From contig NW_024704742.1 of the NCBI RefSeq assembly GCF_018977255.1, positions 111,168,001 through 111,232,000 on the forward strand: a stretch of 64,000 nt of DNA, read 5' to 3'. The notes beneath the pieces are model-generated. The model was not told where the DNA came from. It ran no database searches and was given only the letters and a program-made list of their open reading frames with translations. Position numbers and translations under genes: made by a program. Positions 1 through 12,800 of this stretch are shown in pieces (position 1 is the stretch's first letter; each line of letters opens with the position of its first letter). The DNA comes from Callorhinchus milii. Taxonomy: Eukaryota.

Positions 1-477
1 TTGAACTTGAACAGGTCTCATAAGGCAGTGCAAGGTTGTGAACTGACTTCTTGATTAACCTTGAAAACTGTAGGGAGAAATTCCACCTGGGTGTATATTT
101 CAGAGAATACAGTATTTGGTAACTTCTTACAGCCTTCATTTTAAACCAGTTTTTCTTTTATTTATTTACCTACAGAAAACCATCTTTGATAGCGCGGCAA
201 ACTGAAACATAGACTGTAGGGGGCATAGTGTTTTGCAATGTGCTTATGGCATCCCATTTTCCATAGTCCAAAGAAATGGTTGATAAAGGAAAAGGAGAAA
301 ATATTGATACAATTGTACCACATAGTTAAAAAGTGTTATGGTACATTTATTACAGAAGCAATGCCACCATTGTTTAGCATATTTGTATCCAGAACAATGT
401 GAAACATACTAATAATGGCAAGGGAAGGGAGTAAGGAGTCTCTTCCGGTATATTGGCCAACAATCCCCCAAATAAAA

Positions 478-615
478 TTGGTTACAAACTCCAAACCTGT
501 TTGCAGGACATTGCTGTACGCAAACTTGCTGCTGCATTTCACCCATAAAATACACAGTCAATCCACTTTACAGTATACTCTGTGAAGCGCTTTGAGATGT
601 CTTGATGATGTGATA
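478..615 (+). mobile_element. SINE 3' half (Deu-like core plus tail), diverged
   Basis: ggacattgctgtacgcaaac...tgtgaagcgctttgagatgtc matches the full-length copies in this window. Confidence 0.8.
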
Positions 616-2296
616 TTTATTCACTACTATGTCCACCTCAATAAAGTTACAAATATTCACTTAAAACTAATTCAACTCATCAAATAGAAGGTCTTTCCTT
701 TTGGTTCAATTGGCATTTGCCAGAACTAAGCAGAACGAATGGGGCCCAGTTCTAATACATGGTAAGATTTAACCCTTACCATTGGGTAAGGGCTAAATCA
801 GACACAAATATGACACCTACTTCAATGTACTGGGCTCCAACCTTGGGTATCTCCTCCCCCTTGCGTTATTGCTAAGTGGTAGGAGCTCGTAAATCTCACT
901 AACCAGGCAGTCAGTGGTCCCCGCCCATGCTAGGCTGTGGTTGGCTGCACCACTTTCCACTTGCTGAAATTATCTGGGCAAGACGTATGCTTCTCCCATA
1001 ATATGTAAACGCAAATGAGCGAGTGCAAAAAAAATTGTAAACTGACAAATTCTTTCAATGTTTGGCTCCCGGAATGTCTGAAACACCAAATATGGTATCA
1101 TAATCCCTTTAAAAGAAAGCTGTGCTTCTTGGAGAGAAGGCAAGTGTAAATCGTCTCCTTGAAGCTGAGCTGGTTCCAAGGCCTTGGATCTTGCCAAACT
1201 GCTTAATATTCTCGGGAATTAAGTAAGCAGGGGTGCGTCCTGAGAGATAGTGCGCATTCCATTCTAGACACAGGGACATTTCCATGTGTAGATGGCCTAC
1301 AGATGTGTAGCTCCCAGGTTCTATACACTTAAGCATGGTGTTGGGTTTCTGCATTTGGCTGACGAAAATAAACGAAAGCTATGGCTGACGAAAATAAACG
1401 AAAGCTATGGTCAAAGTATAAATCACATCATTCATCCTTAAGAGTGTCATTAGCCATGCAATGAGCACTGTTTGAAGGTTTCATAGTTATGGTGCATTCA
1501 TCATTGAAATGATAGGTTGAGACACTAATGTGATAGAAACACTGAGCTGGGTAGCTGCTTCCTATTCACAAGTTGCCACCATAGCCAACGGTAATAGAGT
1601 TAGTTTACAGTTTCAGTGGCCCATAGGGAAACAGAAACATTTGAAAATATCTGTAAAACCAGAACAAAGAAAAACATTTGCGGGTGAGTGGCGGGGGTGG
1701 AGTGGAACAAAACATTTATAATTTAGGAGATTATGGAACAGAGCAGGACACAGAATTCTGAATCAAAAATCATAAAACAAAGTCCACTATGCATTAAGTT
1801 AGCATGGAAGGTATCTTGATAAAAAAAATCAATAAGCTGTTTTAATAAGTATTGTAAATTAAAACCAATGCAGCTTCCTGTGATGTCTTGAACGGTGGGT
1901 AGAGCACCACCTGCTGTTTTATGGTAGTATTGCTGATATTTCAAATTTTGCGTTTCATATACAGAAGCATTGCTATCAATTTTCTCTTGTCACACCACTT
2001 AGAATTCTTCTTCACTATGGTGTTTGCTACTTTCAGTGATCCATTATCCCCTCCTTTGTGTTTTCTTGTGTAACTCAATCTAATATGCTCCCAGGCTTCT
2101 GTCAGTCATTTTCGAGCTGATTCTTAGGATACAAACACAAAAGACATCAACTCATCCTTTGGTTTTCCTTTCCTTCCCTTGTGAATTTCCCTGCAGATGG
2201 CCTTGGAGAGATCAGAGTAGTGGCAGGTCAAAGCCATGTCCTACTGCTACATTAAGCATTAATCCAACACAGTGATGTAGTTGACTGACCCAACTG

Positions 2297-2370
2297 TACA
2301 GCGCCTTGGGACATCCTCCCGACGTGAAAGGCGCTCTATAAATGGGATCTTGTTGTTGTGTTGTTGTAGT
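2297..2370 (+). mobile_element. L2 3' tail fragment
   Basis: cttgggacatcctcccgacgtgaaaggcgctctataaat followed by (ttg)n. Confidence 0.75.
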
Positions 2371-3577
2371 ACCTAATCATGTACTGCAATTATGTTCGAT
2401 ATCTTAAAGATAGTGGAATAGAGAAGTCAACATCAGTACATGAAATAAAAGAGAGTCACCTTTCCTGGCAACCTATTTGAGTTGTTAGATTACCCTCTGT
2501 GACAATATTAATTACTAATCATGCATAAGATGCATACAGAAAGTAAATCGTGAGCATGTCCAGCAAACATCTCAGTGAAATAATGTGAATGAAGAGATTG
2601 CAGCTGCAGCCCACAATCTGAAATTGCTGCCTTGAAATTGCCTTGCCTGTGCTCCTCCACTGGAGCTGATAAAGAATCTTACATTCCCATTCTAACATTG
2701 CAAGTAGGAGCCAATGATTGCATTCAGAGTTTCAACTTATGTGATTTAGCGTCTTGACTTCATGATAGCTTTACACTGATATTTACATTGCTTTATACCC
2801 CACTGACAAGCACAACATTATCAGGGATACCTCGCAAGACAGCCGTCTATAATGGCCTTTGTACACAAGTGCAAAGTCAACTCTTAGTCTTCTCCCAACT
2901 CAAAAGAGAAAATGTGATGCTCGATCTTATATGGACAAAAGATAAAGATACAGTTATATAATTTTCACTATAGAGAATAAGTAACGGCCAAGAACACACT
3001 AGAATAGCCCTCGATTCTGAATTCACTTGATCAGGTACAGCAGGTGGGAGAATTCCATATTAATAATGGATATGATGATGCTGTACTATCAACAAAAAGG
3101 GGGGCAGTGTGAGAAACAGATATAACAGGAAGGGAAAGCAGAAGCACAGACCACATATGCAGGAGCAATATTGCACGTAAAATGAACAGATTCACATTAG
3201 CAGCACTGTGTGACATAGTTACATCTACTCATGAGTAACAATCCTAAAAGTGAATTAAATAATTTAAGAACTTCATAATCATTTCAATGTGGACACTGTT
3301 CCTCAATAGATCAAAAATCTGTCATAATTGTCATGTTCAACTGAATTAACCAAGAGTAAAACAATAAACAGTAGAAAAACTATTGTCTCGTACAAAAATA
3401 CATATGTGGTGAGAGATCCAACCAATTTGGTTTCAACCTGTCAATATAGAAATATATTTACACAAGTAGCTTTCAACTATTTATGCAATAAGACAGTGGC
3501 ATATTGGCAAGTAACAACAAATTTATATGTCGAAAAACTCATGGATTTATAAAACAATTTTTCCTGGTTATCCTCAC

Positions 3578-3820
3578 CTGCATGCTGTAACTAACATTGA
3601 CAGATGTGCTGGTGCCAGACTCCCTGACAATTTGTAAGCTGAGTAAAGAGGCTTTCTGTTGAACAACAGGAAGTCGAGATCCTATGGCAAAAAAGATCAA
3701 TCCACGAGGCTTATCACTCTCCAAAACAGTGATGTTTAAGAATCGTGCAGTGTTGTTTATCATGGCACCTGCTCCCACATCATAGATTTCTACATAAAAC
3801 CAGGTTTCGAACTCCGGGAT
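3578..3820 (-). CDS. ADGRV1: ADGRV1 exon 43
   Basis: [27 protein letters not shown]...[23 protein letters not shown]...YSMQ; 243 nt. Confidence 0.94.
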
Positions 3821-6800
3821 CTATAAAGGTGAGTTCAAAGAAAACAGAATATGCATGAAATATTTCACATCATAAATAGTATTAAAGAAGAATTTAAAAA
3901 GTGTAATTTGTTGAATAATCCAGTACAGCTACAATCCTCAATCGTCCATAATAAACAATTCTTTCAAAAGCATCTCTCAGCACTGCAGCCTCCTCTATCC
4001 ACCCCATCAGTGACTGTGTTTTCAGCGACTATGCCCTAACCTCTGGAATCTTCTGCCTTCAGATTGCATCTGAAGATCTTCCTCTTTAATCACCTCCTCT
4101 TTTTCTCTAGCTCGGCATCAATCTCTGGCAATGTTAAGCCTTATTTTATGTTTTATGCCCCAATGTTTTGGGCCCAGCAATAAGTGGAAACAGCTTATCA
4201 ACTTCTACCTAATCAATGGGTTAAATGGCCTCCTCCTGCTCCTGTTTTTCTATGTTTCCTAAATTCGCAAGTAGTTCAAACAATATCCTTTTATCTGAAA
4301 CAATTAATTAAAAAGCATCATCTTCCATTTTGACTGACCTTATCGGGTTTGATTTCAATAGTGATGGTACATTCAGTCTGTCCAGAGGCGCATGTCGTTT
4401 TGCCTGAAATAGCCGTCAGCTCATTGACTAGATTCACCCCATTTGTTTCCAACAGAACAGTTGTTTTATCAAAGGTCACACGCCAAGAAATCATCACATC
4501 CTCAAAAGTTCTGTTACCAAAAGATAAAAGAATGAAAGGTAAAACTGCAAATGCTATAAATATGAACGGAAATCAAAACTGAGACCATTGATGCATTATA
4601 ACTAATAATAATTACTAAACTATTGATAAATGCAGTCATTCAGGCCAGTTGATAACTCAAAAGGATTGACTGGCCACGGTAGATATTGGACTTGACTGGG
4701 ACTGGATCGTGGTATTGCAATACCAATTCACAGGGTGGTGGCTTAATTCTGATATCTATGTTATTGTGTTAAAACTAATGCCTTGTGAATCTGCATACCG
4801 ATGTCATGAACATGAGGCGCTGATATTGGCAATTCCAAAATATGCCATTTCAATTTTATACCCAATCATTCAACTGTCCAAAAGAAGATTGTGATTCAAC
4901 ACCTAAATGTTCTAGGCTCTAAGCTCCCTCATTAGGCTCTGCAAGCCTATCATCCCATCCTCGCCTGGCTCTCCTGGCTCACCATCCCCCAGGAGATCAA
5001 GTTCAAGTTGCTCATTCTAACCTTTAAATCCCTCCATGGTTGTGCTACCTCTACCTCTGCAACCTCTTCAACTCTATCAATCCAGCCACTCCCTTTGCTC
5101 AGCAGGCACCAATCTGCTTAATATTCCCCACCCTATCAACGGTTGAATTTTAGCATACCTGCCCCCACTCTCTTGAACTCCATCTCTGAGTCCCTCCAAC
5201 TTGTCCTTTCCCTCGCCTCCTTCAAGGTTTTACTCAAGTCCTTCCTTTTTGACTGCGCTTTCAGCTATCTTTCCCCTTCCCCCCACCTGCAGCTAGGGTG
5301 CAAACCCTGGACTGTCCAGAACCTTGGAATGTCCTTCCAACATGAAAGACACTATATAAATTTACATTTTTTTGTATTTATTGTTCTTTCAGCAAAAGAT
5401 AAAAAGATAAAAGGTAAAACTGCAAATGTCTTAAATATAAATACTAAAGGGATGAATATTATGAACTGTCATATGTTGCAAACATTTGTACTGTGTTTTA
5501 AAAGGACTTTTTTCAGAGAACAGGTGCCCTACTCCATCTAATTGAATAACTGTATTGTTGGCCAGGGCATGTTTACTTGTCTGTATCAATGATGCATCAA
5601 CCTCAACAATTGTCTATTGTTATTACCAGCTCTCCCTATAAAAGCCATTTTTTTCTGGTGAACCAAGGCTGGCCAGGTTCTGGTACTATTTTGCATATTA
5701 AAGATTGGAACTTACTTGCATCCTTAATAGTGCCTTATCGTGTCAACATGTCTCAAAGAGCTTTCCAGATAATTAGTCACACAGAAAAGATTATTCATTG
5801 CTGTCAGATTGTTTTGATTGTTTAGGTAGGCAGATGTCATTTCGTTCAGCATAGTTCTACAAATAGCCATGAATGAAAAACTAACAGGTGTTGGCCAGAA
5901 CATCAGGACAAACTCCTTCCTCTTTTGGAATCTTTAATGTCCACCTAAATAACAGGTTATTACATGATCTGAAAGACAGCATATCTCACATTATATTGCG
6001 TTCCCAGGAATGCATTGTAGTGTCCGTCCAGACTATGAGGTCATGTGGGATTCGAAACAACAGCACTTTTGCTTCTAGTCAGGTTATCTAGCCGAGAGCC
6101 AAGCTGACAATTATAATAATAGTAATCTTCACATTTGATATTGCACTTTTCATGTCTTCTAGACATCTCAAAGCGCTTCACAGAATATACTGCAAAGTGA
6201 ATTGACTGTATATTTGTGGGTGAAACGCGGCAGCCAATTGTGCACAGCAGTGTTCCACAAATAGTCGTGGATTGAGTGACCAATTTATTATTGCTTTTTT
6301 TCTTGAGGGATCATTATCAAGCGTGTGGAGTAAGGAAACTTGGCAAAGGTTTTGCCCTGTCGGGAATTGAACCCAGGTCTCTCACTTGCGAGGTGAAGTG
6401 CTCTAACCACTGAACTATAGGACTCCACAGAGAACAGAGAAATGTAGGTTAAAACAACAAAGAGAAGGCTCAGTTCTTGACCTTATTGTGCTCATATTAC
6501 CCATGTTTCACAGAAGCAATCTGAGATCACAGTGATTTGCAAACTTTCAGTTTATCCCAGAGGAAACCTTGTGCGTGTGAATATGTGAAAACAAATCACT
6601 ATGACTATGCACCATTGAAAAGGATTTTACCTGTCCTCTTGCCTTTGAAGTTGCAGGTGAATCTTTCTATTATCAGAGTCTTCATCCAACACCAGGTTAT
6701 TCTGAGAGATCAGATTAAATCCTACAATGCCATTCTGCAGATCACTTCCTGTATCAAATATAGAAGCACAACATATATGAGCAGGAACTAGGAAACACAC

Positions 6801-9800
6801 TGTTCTGTGATGCATGACCTAGATTCAAATTCATCCTAAGATAATTAGTTGGATATCTTCTCTTTTGCTGTTAAGGGCTTTTGGAGGAGTTAGGGGACTG
6901 AAATTCCTCATGGAATCATAGAATTATACGGCACAGAAGGAGGCCATTTGGCCTATCGTGTCCATGCTGGCTCTTTGAAAGAGCTATCCAAATTAATCCC
7001 ACTCTCCCGCGCTCTCCCCATAGCCCTGCAAATTTGTCCTCCCAAATATCTATCTACTTCTCTTGAAAGTTGTTATCAAATTAGCTTCCACCACCCTTTC
7101 AGACAATGCATTCATGCTTTTAGTCTTAAGATCATTGTCTTAAAATTTAAGATTGAGCAGAGTTTTAGAAAATTATTCAATTCAGTCTCAATTTGGAAGC
7201 TGGTTTTCAACAATTCTTAGTAAGACCATGAAGAATTTCAGGCTATGAAGAAATAAGATCACAACATAGCAAAAATGGGAATCTTACTCAGACAAAGCAT
7301 AAGTACTCAGGCTGGTGTAAGAAATGGTGAAAAAACACTGGTGCAGTAGGAAATACTGTACTTTCTTGAAGTAGGATTTGGAACACGTTGCTGGAATAGA
7401 ATAGAGGCAAGTTTTATTTTTATTGCATTTGGTTATACCTGACCTAGGAGTACTTGATACTGATATTAGACCTTTCATACTTTGATCACTAAAAAAAGAA
7501 GTGATGCTTTCGATATAAAAAGCCAATTCGCCGAGTCATTGGTATTGAAACCTCTGTTCCTCATGACTACTCTCTGATTTTCGTGAACCGATAAACACAC
7601 TAAATATTAGAAATAAGTAGGTTATAATGGTGCATTTGTGCACAATGTTTCAGGGTGAAGCATCAATGATTTTAGCAGCAATACACCAACAAGTGTGCAG
7701 TATAAAATGATTATTGCCTCCGATATGATCTGATTATGATCTGAATGTTTCTCATGTACTATGCAAGAAACACTGCGATTGGCTGATTCCAATGGAGTGT
7801 TTTTGAAATATTATTTTCATATGAAAGTTGGATTTATTAGCTTTAATTTTTTTTTGTTTAAGTCAAATGTCCATTGTCTTAAAATTAAAAATGCAAAACA
7901 AAAGTATTCAGAATAGAACATTTGAAAGGCTGCTTTTTTAAGACGAGTGGAGATAATTACTGCGGATTTTTATAATAATAATCTTTACAGTTGTTATAGG
8001 GTCTTAGCAAGAGCTACCAACTGAGCCAGACCCACATCTGAATAAGCGTTATACTGGTTTAAAATGTTGGGGTTGGGCACTGTACAATTCTTTACTTTGT
8101 ACAAGTGTATGTCTCTGTAAGTTTACAAGTTGTATCAAAGGTAAGAGTGCAGATCTGGAATGGTTGTCCATTGGGACTCAGTCAAAGTATCTGAATAGCC
8201 TAGATCTAAATTTGGATCAAAATTCTTACCCAATGTAATAATAATAATCCTTGCATTTAATATAGCGCCTTATCACGTCTTCAAGACATCTCAAAGACTT
8301 TTTCTTTGAAGGAATTATTCCCCACGGAAAAGCAAACCATTAATCGACTAACAACTGGGATCCTACTTTCCGCTAGGTAAACCAAGGCGGGTGGAGTAAG
8401 GAAATTTGCCCAACATTTCACCCTGCCGGTAATTGAACCCAGGTCTCTCGCTTGCAAGGCAAGTGCTCTAACCACTGAGCTACAGGACTCCAGGATAAGG
8501 CAGAAATCAGAAATCTAAGGCAGAAAGCTACAGGATAAGGCAGAAGTCTGAAGTGGTATCAGTCTCTACTGAATTTATTTAAAGAGATGTTCAGGAAATA
8601 TGCAAACTATAGAATTTGTGGATATTGAAAACTATAAGCTGCTTCTTGCACTCACAGTGAAGAGGTTTGAATCTTTTCACTTATAATGATGAAAGCTGTA
8701 AGAATGCAAACAATTCCAACACGTGTTTAGTTAAGATTGTTTAGTTAACATGACCCGCACCGTCCCAAATAATCGTATTACCTGAGATAATGATCTCTGC
8801 GAAAGCTGTGAATCCATTCTCATCTTTTCCTCCTATAATCTGTGCACCTCCCCCTGGATCTGTCAGGTAAACATAAAACAATTCTTGTCCCTCTGGCTCA
8901 TTATCATCCAAAATCTGGATGGACACTGCGATCTCTCTTTCTCCATCTTGCAAGGTAACGTGCAAAATTTCATCATCAAAATCTGCTCCTTCTTCTGCCC
9001 AGGAAAAACTGCCACTCTCATGGTTGTTTTGGAAAGGAGTTCCTTCTAAACCGCCCAGAGCTTTGTTTCTTCCAAACGTTGTTACAGATACATTGATGAC
9101 CCCAGTAAATCCCATGGTCCTTCGGATATGAAGAAATACTTCTCTTGCTGTACTGTTGTCAGTGTCCTCCACAATTTGTGTGACAGCTGGTCCAATACTT
9201 AGAAGACCATTAAAAACATCATTGGCAACAATGGTTATAAATGACACATTAAAGTCTAGATTTAAACGCGGTTTCTCATCTGGATTAGTTGGCTTTAAAC
9301 CCAAAACTTCAACACCAGATAAATTTAGATAGAATACCTGATCCATCTCCGAAATGTTATCATTGATAATAAACAATTTAATGCTAGCTTCAGTCTGGTG
9401 AGTTTCAAAGATAAGTTCACCATCTTGGATGTGCTCATAATCTTCACCAGGTTTGGCACTTCCTGCTGTTGTGTAGTAAGTCATTTTGTTTTATTGCCTC
9501 GGAAACCAAACAACCGCTGGACGTACAAAGTAGCTGTTCCTGCATCTTCTTCAACACTGACTTGCCTCGAGTTGGAAGCAAACTGGAAGACTCCCATTGG
9601 CTCAATTTCAGCTACAGTAAACCCTGATCTATAGAAACCAAACAGCAAATCATTACTGCTAATTTTTTAAATGTAAGCTGAAAAACACTATCAAATAAAT
9701 TAATTGTAACTCATGCGACATCACTTTAACACAAAACGGCCTCAAATTTTATGTTAATTAAATGGTAGATGTAATGGTAGAATTACAGCCACATATTACA

Positions 9801-12800
9801 ATTCCTCACTGTAGCAATGATAGAAGACAGTCACTGCTGAGACTCAGGAAAGTAAACTGGTGGGAAAAACACAAAAGGTTATTAGAACATCAGCTGTGCC
9901 ATTCGGTGCTCATCTTTCTGCAGGACTCATATCAGTGGAAACAACAAAAGTACTTTGTTAACCATGTTATTTCTATCATTATATGTTTATTTCTTTGTAT
10001 GCAACTTCAACAGCACCTTTCCTATGTCAGAAATAGTTAGAGTCCTTTCCTCTGTGTGGCACAAATGTGAAATTAGAATTTATTTTAACTCAGTGGGCTT
10101 TTTTTTTAAATGGTGGGGTTCACAACAGTTGACAGCAATTAGTGTTTTCTCGGTTTAAACATGTTTATTTGGGTGTTTGCTATTTTATGGAGCTTTTGTT
10201 TTATTTGATGCAACAGAATGCCCTTTAAGCTAGTGCTGTAACTGGTGGTCTTTTGAAAATGTTGACACACTTTACATGACATTAGTAAAATGAATTAGTT
10301 AAAGAAGAGGGAAATGGAAAGGATGGCTTGTTATATCACATTACAATGTGTAACAGGAAGAACCAGAGGTATATGAAATTATGTTAGTGAGGTATTGGCA
10401 AATCATTTGCCCTTTACAAAGATTCTATTCAATAATATTCCTTGCATTTGATATCATCTTGTTGAAATACCTCAAAGCGCCTCACAGGATTTACTGTGTG
10501 CACAGCAATATCTTACAAACAGTTATGGAGCGAATCACCAATTTCATCTGGGAGAGAGTAGGCAGGGAACTGGGAGAAGCTCCTTTCTCTTTTCAAATAG
10601 TGCCATGGGGTCCTTAATGTCCACATGCACAAGCAGATGCGATCTCTTTTTAATGTCTCATCTGAAGGAGGGCATCTCTGACACTGCAATGGTAGATTGA
10701 TGTGTGAGCCTACACCATAAGCTCAAAGTCAAGACGTGAAGCTTGAATTCACAGCGTTTAGACACAGAGGCAAGAATGCTACCATGAGTGACAACTATGC
10801 ACAACAATTACCTTACTTACCTTCATAATATATTCCATTACGATTTCTACCCTTTGATAGATTCTACAATATCCAAAATATTTGCTACATATCATAGAAT
10901 TATACAGCACAGAAGACCCTTTGGTGTCTGTGTGGGCACGATGATTAATATGGTTAATACATTCTGATTCAGAAACAAGATTCTTTATAAACATAATTTG
11001 TTTTTCTGAAATCATAAAGGGTACAATTCCTACAAAGTAACTAGGATGCATTTAACTTAAACGTGATTGTATTAGAGCTCAGTTGTTCCTTCTTGAAATG
11101 ACAAAATTATTACCAAGCAACTTATTTGCCAATATAAATGAACAGCTTCAGGTAGATTCAAACAACTGCAAAAATCATAGAAAGCTAAAAGAGATAAGAT
11201 TTGCTTAATTATTCATCATACATAGTACTTATATAAACAGTTTACCTCAGTTTAGCTTTACCAGTAACATTGCTGTATACTGCAGACAAATGTAGAGCGA
11301 AGGATTCTTCTCCCACATATTCAGTGGGAACATTGATGAGCACAGGTCTGCTTTGTTCACCATGAGAAAGGACAACTGAACCTGCAGTTGCATACAATTG
11401 AAATAAAAATAAATTTTCACTACGAGTAGTTCTGCTTGCCCACTTATACATCAACCAATGATATACATAAAAGAGCCAATAAATAAATTATCCCACTTAA
11501 TCTTCTGAGGGAGGTGACTCACCACAGATTAAACCTCCAAAATCAAGTACTGACTTCCAAAGGTACCCAGAAGATTAATGCAATAAATTCAATAAGTCCT
11601 CTGATTACTTTATTGTTCTGTGACCAACATTTTTTTTTGTTTGTAGATTATTTGACCATACGATATTTTAGAAAAGAAGAAAACTGATAGCTCCAACAAG
11701 TTAATCTCAAATTTTCTCCATCCGGCAAAATAGCACTGGAAACAACTTGTTTGCTCTTTTCTTTAAATTTACCTTTTATATTAATTCTTTAGTTCTTTCA
11801 AGTTTCTATCATTTATATAATTTGTCTCCAGAAGTATTATTTCCTAAGACCCACATCCATAAATACTTCACTGTGTCTGCATCTATATCTCTTATACCTG
11901 TCCTCTAAAGCAATTTATAGTGCTGCTAATATTATTATCCCTGCCTATCTGATGATCCACACTTCTCACTGTTAATCTTAACACAATGCGCCAGTGACAC
12001 TAACCTGATGCAGGTGTAACAGTAGCAGGTGTAACTCCTCCAGGAACTATGCCATCAGGGTAGCCACTCCTCCACTCCACAAGGATAAGCCCATACACAC
12101 CTCTCCGTGATATTACAGCCTGACAGGAGCCAGTTGAAACATTGGAAACTCGAAGAACCAAAGAATCAAAAGCCAACCTAAACAGGAGGTTAACAATCAG
12201 CCAAGCTCGTAATTCATAATATGCTGAGAAAGTATGATGTTCATTGGTGGCAGTTTGCCTGCAACATTGGGGAGCAGGGCAGCGGCACAGTAATTCAATA
12301 ATAAAAAATAGTTTACTAAGCATACATTGCTATTGCATTAATAACAACCACTGTAATTTCAGTAAATTGCAATAGAGCCTCTTCATGATCTACAAAATGT
12401 GCTCGAAATTGAATTATAAAATTTGTGTCCATTTAATAGAACATTTGATGCTATAAGTACAATCTACATTCATTTATTGACAGACACACAAGCTGAATTG
12501 ACAACCTGTTGTGAGGTGCAGTAATGGCGACTGTACATTATTTGAATTTACACTCTCTTCAGTAGTTCTTGACTATTTGAGTCCTTCAACATCTGATTCA
12601 CATAACCTTCCTGATTTCTAACCAGTTTGCAACTTCAACACAGAGTGTTCAACGTTACTCAAGCAAAAGAAAAACATTTATAGATCACACAGGACAGGTG
12701 CACTAAACCCACAAAATCATCATTGGATGCGTTGTTGTTAGTCACCCAATCACATTTGGTATCGGGTCCAAAAATAATTCATGCATTTCAACAGTATTTA

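Noticed and set aside
170..213. 44-nt AG/GT-bounded candidate micro-exon on the minus strand
   Set aside because: No similarity to the next expected ADGRV1 segment, weak pyrimidine tract, and frame-shifting length; needs RNA evidence
970..1354. Two overlapping minus-strand ORFs
   Set aside because: No recognisable motif; do not match the expected next ADGRV1 exon
8919..9634. Plus-strand ORFs overlapping exons (also 4349, 18777, 35977, 36991, 43651)
   Set aside because: Antisense shadows of ADGRV1 coding frames
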